Shown here: piece by piece, positions 1 to 8,563 of the stretch | Layout of the letters: every line of letters begins with the position of its first letter | Numbering within the stretch: the stretch's first letter is position 1 | From: Aquiluna sp. | GTDB lineage: Bacteria > Actinomycetota > Actinomycetes > Actinomycetales > Microbacteriaceae | Direction: 5' to 3' | DNA: 45,257 bases | Assembly (NCBI GenBank): GCA_038123155.1 | Contig: JAYORB010000001.1 | Span: 1 to 45,257, forward strand | The notes under the pieces: generated by a model | Databases searched by the model: none | What the model was told of the DNA's origin: nothing | What the model saw: the letters and a program-made list of their open reading frames with translations, nothing else | Translations under genes and position numbers: made by a program

Positions 1-1
1 T

Positions 2-772
2 GCGATGCTCACCCAAGAGCTCGAGAAGCAGCTCAAGGGCAAGAAGTACGACATCAGTGAGTGGTGGAAGTATCTCGATGGCCTCAAAGAGCGCTACCCG
101 CTGGGTTACAACGACCTAGAGGACGGCAAGCTCGCTCCGCAGTACGTTATCGAGAGAATCGGCCAGCTCTCCGGACCCGAGGCAATCTATGCAGCGGGTG
201 TGGGACAGCACCAAATGTGGTCTGCTCAGTTCATCAATTATGAGAATCCCAACACCTGGCTCAATTCGGGTGGTGCTGGGACCATGGGCTATGCGGTTCC
301 AGCCGCAATGGGAGCCAAGGTCGCGATGCCGGATAAGTTGGTTTGGGCCATTGATGGCGATGGCTGCTTCCAGATGACCAACCAGGAGCTTGCCACCTGC
401 ACAATCAACAACATCCCAATCAAGGTCGCAATTATCAACAATTCCTCTCTGGGGATGGTGAGGCAGTGGCAGACACTGTTTTATAACCAGCGCTACTCAA
501 ACACTGACCTCCACACCGGTACCGACACCGCAATGGTGCCGGACTTCGTGAAGCTTTCTGATGCCTATGGCTGCCTGTCGATTCGCGTTGAGAAGGTGGA
601 AGAGGTTGATGCAGCAATCAAGCTCGCGATGGAGACCAACGATCGGCCAGTAGTTATTGACTTCATCGTCGGACGTGACGCGATGGTTTGGCCTATGGTG
701 CCAGCAGGTGTGTCAAACGATGCGGTGCAATATGCTCGCGATGCGGCGCCGATTTGGGATGGTGAGGAGTAG
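2..772 (+). CDS. ilvB: Acetolactate synthase large subunit, C-terminal part (5' end lies outside the window)
   Basis: TPP-binding motif GDG..(N)N (IDGDGCFQM...INN), [15 protein letters not shown]; frame open from the window start; followed by ilvN and ilvC. Confidence 0.96.
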   Translation, partial: AMLTQELEKQLKGKKYDISEWWKYLDGLKERYPLGYNDLEDGKLAPQYVIERIGQLSGPEAIYAAGVGQHQMWSAQFINYENPNTWLNSGGAGTMGYAVPAAMGAKVAMPDKLVWAIDGDGCFQMTNQELATCTINNIPIKVAIINNSSLGMVRQWQTLFYNQRYSNTDLHTGTDTAMVPDFVKLSDAYGCLSIRVEKVEEVDAAIKLAMETNDRPVVIDFIVGRDAMVWPMVPAGVSNDAVQYARDAAPIWDGEE

Positions 773-774
773 TC

Positions 775-1281
775 ATGAGCCAACATGTGCTTTCTCTTTT
801 GGTTGAAGACAAGCCAGGTATCCTCACCCGAGTAGCTGCGCTGTTCGCTCGCCGCGGGTTCAACATCGAATCCCTTGCCGTTGGCACTACCGAGGTTGAG
901 GGCGTTTCCCGAATGACTGTGGTTGTAAACCTGGATGGCCAGCCATTGGAGCAGGTAACCAAGCAGCTAAACAAACTCGTGAATGTTCTAAAGATTGTTG
1001 AGCTGGAAGACAATGCATCGGTTGCCAGAGATCACATGCTCGTAAAGGTGAAAACTGACGCAGCCACCAGGTCACAGGTTTTAGAGGCCGTAACCCTATT
1101 CAGGGCGAGGGTAATAGATGTCGTCAGTGACTCCGTGGTAATCGAGGTCACCGGGGACAGCGCTAAGTGCAAAGCATTTATCAAGGTGCTCGAGCCGTTT
1201 GGCATCAAAGAGTTGGTCCAGTCCGGGGCCATTGCAATTTCTCGTGGATCAAAGTCCATGAGCGAGAAGGTTCTTAAGTAA
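775..1281 (+). CDS. ilvN: Acetolactate synthase small (regulatory, ACT) subunit
   Basis: LVEDKPGILTRVAALFARRGFNIESL and QVTKQLNKL motifs; operon context. Confidence 0.96.
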   Translation: MSQHVLSLLVEDKPGILTRVAALFARRGFNIESLAVGTTEVEGVSRMTVVVNLDGQPLEQVTKQLNKLVNVLKIVELEDNASVARDHMLVKVKTDAATRSQVLEAVTLFRARVIDVVSDSVVIEVTGDSAKCKAFIKVLEPFGIKELVQSGAIAISRGSKSMSEKVLK

Positions 1282-1295
1282 GAGCTTTTAGATAG

Positions 1296-2339
<1,044 letters not shown>

Positions 2340-2349
2340 TAGAAGGATT

Positions 2350-2380
2350 AGGACCCCGGGAGACCGGGGTCTTTTTCTTT
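2350..2380 (+). terminator. Intrinsic terminator of the ilv operon
   Basis: Stem AGGACCCCGG / CCGGGGTCTT with a GAGA (GNRA) loop, followed by a T-rich tract, 10 nt after the ilvC stop. Confidence 0.9.
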
Positions 2381-2387
2381 CGGCGAG

Positions 2388-2417
2388 TTGCTATACCCCT
2401 AGGGGTATTAGTAAACT
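2388..2417 (+). promoter_or_regulatory. Putative sigmaA-type promoter containing a CsoR/CstR-family operator
   Basis: TTGCTA (2388-2393), 18-bp spacer, TAAACT (2412-2417); perfect 16-bp palindrome ATACCCCTAGGGGTAT at 2393-2408 fills the spacer. Confidence 0.8.
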
Positions 2418-2450
2418 AGTGTGATTGACGTCTGTAGAAAAGGATTGTTT

Positions 2451-2570
2451 ATGTGCTCACAAGCTATTTGCTCAAGCTGCGGCAAGGTCACCTGGCAAGG
2501 TTGCGGCCAGCACGTCGAAGAGGCGCTGGCTGGTGTTCCAGAGTCACAACTCTGCACCTGCCCTAGATAG
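2451..2570 (+). CDS. 39-aa Cys-rich small protein MCSQAICSSCGKVTWQGCGQHVEEALAGVPESQLCTCPR (not in the ORF track)
   Basis: Translated by hand. ATG 2451 with an AAAGGA RBS about 7 nt upstream, TAG 2568-2570, own promoter/operator. The C-x4-C-x2-C-G-K-x-T-W-x-G-C-G-x-H...C-x-C pattern resembles a conserved uncharacterised small-protein family recalled from actinobacteria. Confidence 0.85.
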   Translation: MCSQAICSSCGKVTWQGCGQHVEEALAGVPESQLCTCPR

Positions 2571-2628
2571 CAATAAACGCTAGACTTAGCGGAAATCCCA
2601 TCACCGTTGATTTTCGTTAGGTCAGCTA

Positions 2629-4224
2629 TTGTCCAAACCCATAGTTCTGATTGCCGAGGAGCTGTCCCCGGCAACCGTTGAGGCGCTCGGTCCAGATTTC
2701 GATGTCCGAAATGTGGACGGGACCGATCGTGCTGCCCTCTTTACTGCGCTCGCAGATGCGAATGCTGTCTTGATTCGCTCCGCGACAAAGATGGATGCAG
2801 AGGCTGTCTCCAAGGCACCAAAGCTGAAGGTAATTGCCAGGGCTGGCGTCGGCCTAGACAACGTTGATATCAAAGCTGCAACCGAGGCTGGAGTCATGGT
2901 CGTGAATGCTCCGACCTCCAACGTGATTTCAGCTGCAGAACTCGCTATCGGCCACATCATGGCTCTGTCTCGCCACATCCCCGATGCACACGCATCCTTG
3001 AAGGAGGGCAAGTGGCTCCGGAGCAAGTTCACCGGGGTTGAGCTCTATGAAAAGACCATTGGAATCGTTGGACTGGGCCGAATCGGAACCCTGGTTGCTC
3101 AGCGCCTAGCTGGGTTTGGTGCGACTCTCATTGGCTACGACCCCTACGTAACCCAGGCACGAGCTGAGCAAATCGGGGTCGAACTGGTTGACCTGGACGA
3201 GCTTATGAAGCGCAGTGACTACGTCACGATTCACATTCCAAAGACCCCAGAGACTACCGGGATGATCAGCGATGCGCAGTTCGCTACCGCAAAGCCAAAC
3301 CTGAGAATCGTGAATTGCTCGCGCGGTGGAATCATTGACGAGGATGCCCTTTACAAGGCTTTGAGCTCGGGCAAGATTGCGGGAGCCGGGCTGGATGTGT
3401 TTGTTTCGGAACCCCCAACCGGATCTCCGCTGCTGGAGCTGGATAACGTAATTCTCACCCCGCACCTCGGGGCTTCAACCGACGAGGCTCAGGAGAAGGC
3501 AGGTGTTTCAGTCGCAAGGAGCGTCCGGCTCGCCTTGGCGGGAGACCTAGTTCCGGATGCAGTCAATGTTGCGGGCGGTGTAATCGACTCGTCCGTGAAA
3601 CCAGGCATCCCGCTTGCGGAAAAGCTCGGTCAGATTGTCGCTGGATTGGCCCACACTTCAATCGTCTCGGTTGAGTTTGAGGCACGTGGCGAAATCGCAG
3701 CTCACGACGTGACGGTTTTGAAGCTGGCTGCACTCAAGGGGCTCTTTCAAACAATGGTTACCGAGCAGGTCTCCTACGTAAATGCGCCAATCATGGCCGA
3801 GCAGAGAGGCGTCGAGGTTCGTCTAACTCAGGACACGGTGAGCGATGAGTATCGAAACGTCACGACCCTAAAGGCAGTTTTGTCAGACGGCACTGTGGTC
3901 TCTGCTGGCGGCACGGTAATCGGCCCAAAGCACCACCAAAAGGTTGTCTCAATCAATGGGTATGACGTTGAGCTTGCGATGGCTGACAACATGGTCGTCA
4001 TGGTCTACCAGGACCGACCAGGCATCGTCGCGATCTACGGCGCAGCTTTTGCAGACGCCAACATCAACATCGCTTCAATGACCATTGCTAGGCAGCAAAA
4101 GGGCGGTAAAGCTCTCAGCGTGATAACTGTTGACTCGCCAATTGCCCCAGAGCTCCTAGAAGGGCTAAAGAGCAAGATTCAGGCGGAGATGATGCGGGCT
4201 ATCTCGATTAGTGAGCAGTACTAA
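2629..4224 (+). CDS. serA: D-3-phosphoglycerate dehydrogenase (type I, with ASB and ACT domains); TTG start
   Basis: RAGVGLDNVD, GLGRIG, TPHLGAST, C-terminal ACT (DRPGIVA). Confidence 0.97.
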   Translation: MSKPIVLIAEELSPATVEALGPDFDVRNVDGTDRAALFTALADANAVLIRSATKMDAEAVSKAPKLKVIARAGVGLDNVDIKAATEAGVMVVNAPTSNVISAAELAIGHIMALSRHIPDAHASLKEGKWLRSKFTGVELYEKTIGIVGLGRIGTLVAQRLAGFGATLIGYDPYVTQARAEQIGVELVDLDELMKRSDYVTIHIPKTPETTGMISDAQFATAKPNLRIVNCSRGGIIDEDALYKALSSGKIAGAGLDVFVSEPPTGSPLLELDNVILTPHLGASTDEAQEKAGVSVARSVRLALAGDLVPDAVNVAGGVIDSSVKPGIPLAEKLGQIVAGLAHTSIVSVEFEARGEIAAHDVTVLKLAALKGLFQTMVTEQVSYVNAPIMAEQRGVEVRLTQDTVSDEYRNVTTLKAVLSDGTVVSAGGTVIGPKHHQKVVSINGYDVELAMADNMVVMVYQDRPGIVAIYGAAFADANINIASMTIARQQKGGKALSVITVDSPIAPELLEGLKSKIQAEMMRAISISEQY

Positions 4225-5866
4225 TTACTTTCGCTCGCTCTCTGGCATCCATGCCTGAGCGCCAGGTGGTGTAGCCGCCGTCTAGGTTTCTAACCTTCAG
4301 GCCGTGTGAGCGAAGCAGCTGTGTCGCCGTGTGGCCCCGCTGACCAACTGCACAGGTCACAATGAGGTCTTTCCCCTCCAGCTTTGAAATGTTGTCTCGC
4401 AGCGTATCGACTGGGATCAGGGTCGAACCCGGGATGCTTCCCGCAGAGTTCTCCTCACTGGTTCTCACATCTACAAGCAGCGCTCCCTCTTGCATGGCAC
4501 TCTCTAGCTCGTGCCACTGAATGCTTGGCGTCTTTCCTGAGAGTGAGTTGTTGCCAACGTAGCCGGTTTGATTGATGGCATCTTTTGCACTTCCAAAGGC
4601 TGGCGCGTATGCGAGCTCGAGGTTCATCAGATCATCCACGGTTAGGCCCGCATAGATGGCCGTGGCAATCACGTCAATTCTCTTGTCGACGCCCTCACGC
4701 CCAATGCCCTGAGCCCCCAGGAGTTTTCCCGTTTCGGGGTCAAAGAGCACCTTGACACTAAGCCTCTCGGCACCTGGGTAATAGCCTGCGTGGCTGGATG
4801 GGTGGAGGTGAATTACTCGGTGGGGAATCTCCATGCGAGTCGCAAGCCCTTCGGTAAGCCCGGTAAGTGCCGCGGCCATGCCGTAGGCACCGATGATTCC
4901 GGTTCCAATCGAGGGCCTAGAGCTAACTTCTTCACCTGCGATGACGTCAGCGACGAGCCTGCCGTGGCGATTTGCAAGGTTGGCAAGCCAAATCATTTGG
5001 GGTTCTCCCGTGAGGAGGCTGGTCTTCTCAGCGGCATCACCGACCGCAAAAATGTTCGGGTCCGAGGTCTGCATACGTTCGTTTACCGCAATGCCACCGG
5101 CCTTGCCAATTTCCAGTCCCGCATCAACGGCGAGCTGGTGGTCGGCGACAACACCAATTGCTGCAACTACCAGGTCAGCAGGAATTACCCTGCCGTCCTT
5201 GAGCCGGAGAGAGTCAGCAAGGACCTCCTCGGTCTCGGCACCAAGAGCCAGCTTGATTCCGTTTTCGACAAGAACTGCCTGCAGCGGCTCAATCATCTCT
5301 GGATCGAACTGGGGGAGGATGTTGTCCCTGAACTCCACGATCGTGGTCTCAATCCCTCGATCCCGGAGGTTCTCCGCTAGCTCGACTCCAATGAATCCAG
5401 CACCAATGATTGCCGCGGACTTGATTTTCTTTTCATCCACCAATTTCTTGATCTCAGTTGCATCCTGGACGTCTCTGAGAACCTTGGCTCGCTCGAGCCC
5501 TGGAATTGGAACCATTCGGGGCTTAGCACCGGTGGAGAGTACGAGGGAGTCAAAGCTCTCGAGGTATTCCTCGCCATTTTCCAGGTTTTTCACGGTCACC
5601 GACTTTGAGCCGCGGTCAATGTTTGTGACTCTTGAGTTGACCCGGACATCCAGGCGGAAGCGCTCTCCAAGGCTCTCCGGGGTCTGAAGCAGTAGGTCCT
5701 TCTCAGCAGGAATTACCTCTCCAATGTGATACGGCAGGCCGCAATTCGCATATGAAACGTGAGGTCCCTGTTCAAAGACAATGATCTCTGCATATTCGCG
5801 GAGCCTGCGGAGCCTCGTGGCGGTGGACATGCCTCCCGCAACGCCACCGACAATTACTACCTTCAT
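4208..5866 (-). CDS. CoA-disulfide/persulfide reductase-rhodanese fusion (CoADR-RHD, Npsr/CoAPR-like)
   Basis: GGVAGG FAD site, SYANCGLPY redox Cys, GAGFIG NAD site, LAYAP, C-terminal rhodanese domain DVR...CAVGQRG. Confidence 0.92.
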   Translation of the reverse strand: MKVVIVGGVAGGMSTATRLRRLREYAEIIVFEQGPHVSYANCGLPYHIGEVIPAEKDLLLQTPESLGERFRLDVRVNSRVTNIDRGSKSVTVKNLENGEEYLESFDSLVLSTGAKPRMVPIPGLERAKVLRDVQDATEIKKLVDEKKIKSAAIIGAGFIGVELAENLRDRGIETTIVEFRDNILPQFDPEMIEPLQAVLVENGIKLALGAETEEVLADSLRLKDGRVIPADLVVAAIGVVADHQLAVDAGLEIGKAGGIAVNERMQTSDPNIFAVGDAAEKTSLLTGEPQMIWLANLANRHGRLVADVIAGEEVSSRPSIGTGIIGAYGMAAALTGLTEGLATRMEIPHRVIHLHPSSHAGYYPGAERLSVKVLFDPETGKLLGAQGIGREGVDKRIDVIATAIYAGLTVDDLMNLELAYAPAFGSAKDAINQTGYVGNNSLSGKTPSIQWHELESAMQEGALLVDVRTSEENSAGSIPGSTLIPVDTLRDNISKLEGKDLIVTCAVGQRGHTATQLLRSHGLKVRNLDGGYTTWRSGMDARERAKVISTAH

Positions 5867-6198
5867 TTTCGTACCGTCCTAAGTCCTGCTCTTTGCCAGG
5901 CGACCATGCCGCCGGAAACATTTGTCACGTTGTAGCCCTCTTTTGTCAGCAGTGTTGCTGCCTGGGAGGAGCGCCCGCCCGAATTGCAAATAACCAATAT
6001 CTCTCGCTCTTTGGGAATCTCTTTGAGCCTGCGGGGGAGCACTCCCAATGAAATCAACTTCGCACCCGGTGCGTGGCCACTGCGATACTCGACGCTCTCC
6101 CTAACATCAAGCAGCATCGCACCAGCCTGGATGCGAGCCTCTGCCTCCTGCGGCGTAATCGAAGGAAACTTTGGTTTCAAAAAATCGAACAGTCCCAT
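5863..6198 (-). CDS. Single-domain rhodanese (sulfurtransferase)
   Basis: LLDVRE..EY..GH.PGA, active-site loop CNSGGRS, GGMVAW; 4-nt overlap with the CoADR-RHD start. Confidence 0.92.
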   Translation of the reverse strand: MGLFDFLKPKFPSITPQEAEARIQAGAMLLDVRESVEYRSGHAPGAKLISLGVLPRRLKEIPKEREILVICNSGGRSSQAATLLTKEGYNVTNVSGGMVAWQRAGLRTVRK

Positions 6199-6204
6199 AT
6201 GTTC

Positions 6205-6462
6205 CTAACTCAGTGCCAAAAAGGCTTTTTCGAGGCGCGCGCGATCCCTTTCGCCCTCTTCGCCGGTGCCGCAGTTCGAGATTCCAGATGCCAGAAGAGC
6301 AAAAGCGGCTTTGTTCACCGCGGAGTTGGCGGCAGCAAGCTGAGTCAGCACATCAGTGCAGTCTCTACCCTCGTCCAGCATTTTGATGATGCCCCCCAGC
6401 TGGCCCTGGGCCCTTGCGAGGCGCTTCTTTACAGCGTCGATTTCTAGTGCTGGAATCTCCAT
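6205..6462 (-). CDS. CsoR/RcnR-family (DUF156) repressor, CstR/Rv1766-like; start reassigned to ATG 6462
   Basis: RLARAQGQLGGIIKMLDEGRDC..V..QLAA...GISNC signature; a GGAG RBS lies just upstream of ATG 6462. Confidence 0.9.
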   Translation of the reverse strand: MEIPALEIDAVKKRLARAQGQLGGIIKMLDEGRDCTDVLTQLAAANSAVNKAAFALLASGISNCGTGEEGERDRARLEKAFLALS

Positions 6463-6480
6463 AACACGCTCCATTCGAAC

Positions 6481-6518
6481 TTGACTAAACAAACTCTAGC
6501 ACATACCCTAGGGGGTAT
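6481..6518. promoter_or_regulatory. Divergent promoter region with a CsoR/CstR-family operator
   Basis: Operator ATACCCTAGGGGGTAT at 6503-6518. Plus strand: TTGACT (6481-6486), 17 bp, TACCCT (6504-6509, inside the operator). Minus strand: extended -10 TGcTAGAGT (hexamer 6493-6498). Confidence 0.8.
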
Positions 6519-6533
6519 CTGAAAGGACACCCA

Positions 6534-6902
6534 TTGAAGCTTATGAAGACCCTTGCCGCTGGCATACTTGCTGTTGTCGCCATATTCGGACTAGCAGGAT
6601 GTGCACCGGAAGAAATGAACCCACAGGACTACGCAGCAGTAATTGACGTTCGCACCCCAGAGGAGTGGGCATCCGGCCACCTCGCTGGAGCAGTCCGCAT
6701 GGGTATTGCTGACAGTGACTTTGCCGCTCAGCTCGAGACTTTGGACAAGAGTGCCGATTACTACATCTACTGCCGCTCCGGTAACCGTGCTGGCCAGGCC
6801 ATCGATTTCATGGAGAGCATTGGCTTCACCGGAGAGCTGGTCAATGGTGGATCTGTTGCTAACGCGTCCGCTCAGCTTGGCCTTGAAGTGGTAACCGATT
6901 AG
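6534..6902 (+). CDS. Rhodanese-domain lipoprotein; TTG start
   Basis: AAAGGA RBS; basic N-terminus, hydrophobic core and lipobox LAGC; DVRT..EW..GH; active loop CRSGNRA. Confidence 0.9.
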   Translation: MKLMKTLAAGILAVVAIFGLAGCAPEEMNPQDYAAVIDVRTPEEWASGHLAGAVRMGIADSDFAAQLETLDKSADYYIYCRSGNRAGQAIDFMESIGFTGELVNGGSVANASAQLGLEVVTD

Positions 6903-7506
6903 CTCAGCAGATTGGGATAGGCGCTATGCCCAGGAGGCAAGTGTCTGGTCTCTAGAGCCAAACCATTTTGTTGTAAGTGAGCTGGGAGACCTCCCTCCCG
7001 GGCAAGTAGTTGACCTTGCCGGCGGAGAAGGCCGCAATGCGCTTTGGTTTGCATCGAGAGGCTGGCAGGCCGAGAACGTCGAGTTCTCAAAAGTTGCCCT
7101 TGAGAAATTTGTTGCAAGGGCCGAGGCACTAGAGCTTGAGAACCAATGTCGCGCTACTCATGCCGATGCCAAGCACGCCAAGTTTCAGCTCAAGCCGGAC
7201 CTGCTACTTATCTGCTACCTCCAACTGCCTTGGGCAGAGCTTGAGCAAGCCCTCGATAACGCACTTGACCAGCTTGGCGAGGGAGAGATCTTCGGGGTTT
7301 GGCACGCCTTGAGGAATGTAACCGAGGGTTTCGGCGGACCTCCATTGCCTGAGCTAAATGTCGATCCCGATAAGTTGAGCAGCTGGGCGGAATCGCGAGG
7401 TCTGATCTTTGATTGTCGAGAGCGGGAGCGGAGGGTCTCCAAGGATGGCGCTGAGGTGACCGCTATCGACGTGCAATTTAGGGCAAGCGCTGACAAAAGC
7501 GAATAG
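6898..7506 (+). CDS. Class I SAM-dependent methyltransferase (TehB/thiol-methyltransferase-like), about 202 aa, apparent ATT start; the ORF track shows only 7309-7506
   Basis: Hand translation gives [56 protein letters not shown]... with SAM motif [10 protein letters not shown]. In-frame TAA at 6892-6894; no ATG/GTG/TTG until 7309. Confidence 0.85.
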   Translation: MSSADWDRRYAQEASVWSLEPNHFVVSELGDLPPGQVVDLAGGEGRNALWFASRGWQAENVEFSKVALEKFVARAEALELENQCRATHADAKHAKFQLKPDLLLICYLQLPWAELEQALDNALDQLGEGEIFGVWHALRNVTEGFGGPPLPELNVDPDKLSSWAESRGLIFDCRERERRVSKDGAEVTAIDVQFRASADKSE

Positions 7507-7534
7507 GGTTGTCTCAGAAAATTGTGAGGCAATC

Positions 7535-8560
7535 TTGAGCGCGCTGAATCTAGCTGTAATTCCAGGTGACGGCATTGGGCCGGAGGTAACCAGCGTTGCT
7601 CTCAGGGCTCTAGAAAAGGCTCTGGAAGGGGTTAGGGTCCAGACAACCGAATATGACCTTGGTGCAAACCGGTACCTAGCAAAAGGTGAAATTCTCACAG
7701 ATTCAGATCTTTCAAACCTGAAAAAGCACGATGCGATCTTGCTTGGTGCCATTGGTGACCCGAGGGTTCCCTCTGGTGTGCTGGAGCGAGGGCTGCTGTT
7801 GAAGCTGCGCTTCGCATTTGACCACCACATCAACCTTCGCCCCACGAAACTGTTTGCAGGAGTCAGCAGCGTGCTGTCGGGTGCCAAGGACATTGACTTC
7901 GTGGTTGTTCGGGAGGGTACAGAGGGTCCATACGTTGGTAACGGAGGTGCACTGAGGGTAGGCAGCGACCAAGAGCTTGCAAATGAAGTCTCAGTGAATA
8001 CCCACCATGGGGTCTCCAGGGCGGTCCGCTACGCGTTTGAGCTAGCGAACAGCAGAGAGCGAAAGCAACTCACGCTGGTTCACAAAACCAATGTTCTGGT
8101 GCACGCGGGAAAGCTTTGGCTAAGGCTTGTTGAGGAAACTGCAAGGGAGTTTCCAGAGGTTACCCACGACTACATGCACATCGATGCGGCAACAATTCAC
8201 ATGGTCAACTCGCCTGAGCGCTTTGATGTGATCGTCACGGACAATCTGTTTGGCGACATCATTACCGATCTTGCGGCAGCCATTTCTGGTGGCATAGGCC
8301 TGGCTGCTTCCGCTAACCTAAACCCCACTGGGGCCTTTCCCTCCATGTTCGAACCCGTTCATGGATCAGCTCCTGACATCGCCGGAAAAAATCTGGCCGA
8401 TCCAACCGCGGCAATCCTCTCCGCGGCACTTCTCGCAAAAACCCTCGGACATTCGAGTGCTGCGCAGAAGATTGAGAACGCAGTCTCTGATTACCTTGCT
8501 GGAAGCGAGAAAGCCTCCGGCACCTCAGAGATCGCAACGGCGATACTGGAGAAGATTTAG
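7535..8560 (+). CDS. leuB: 3-isopropylmalate dehydrogenase; TTG start
   Basis: [43 protein letters not shown]. Confidence 0.96.
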   Translation: MSALNLAVIPGDGIGPEVTSVALRALEKALEGVRVQTTEYDLGANRYLAKGEILTDSDLSNLKKHDAILLGAIGDPRVPSGVLERGLLLKLRFAFDHHINLRPTKLFAGVSSVLSGAKDIDFVVVREGTEGPYVGNGGALRVGSDQELANEVSVNTHHGVSRAVRYAFELANSRERKQLTLVHKTNVLVHAGKLWLRLVEETAREFPEVTHDYMHIDAATIHMVNSPERFDVIVTDNLFGDIITDLAAAISGGIGLAASANLNPTGAFPSMFEPVHGSAPDIAGKNLADPTAAILSAALLAKTLGHSSAAQKIENAVSDYLAGSEKASGTSEIATAILEKI

Positions 8561-8563
8561 AAA

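Noticed and set aside
2408-2674. 88-aa minus-strand Cys-containing ORF in the ORF track
   Set aside because: It is antisense to the 39-aa peptide, which has the RBS, promoter and operator, and it overlaps the serA start; treated as a shadow.
4790-5687. Long plus-strand ORFs (196 and 264 aa) over the CoADR-RHD gene
   Set aside because: Antisense shadows of a well-conserved gene; no motifs or RBS seen. The same applies to the many other 60-180 aa overlapping ORFs.
6205-6518. Copper-resistance (CsoR-copZA) locus
   Set aside because: No P-type ATPase or CopZ nearby, the regulator lacks the Cu-binding His, and its neighbours are sulfurtransferases. Copper is not fully excluded for the Cys-rich peptide.
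6534-7506. Programmed frameshift fusion of the rhodanese lipoprotein and the methyltransferase
   Set aside because: No slippery sequence at the junction, and a SAM-dependent domain on an exported lipoprotein is implausible.
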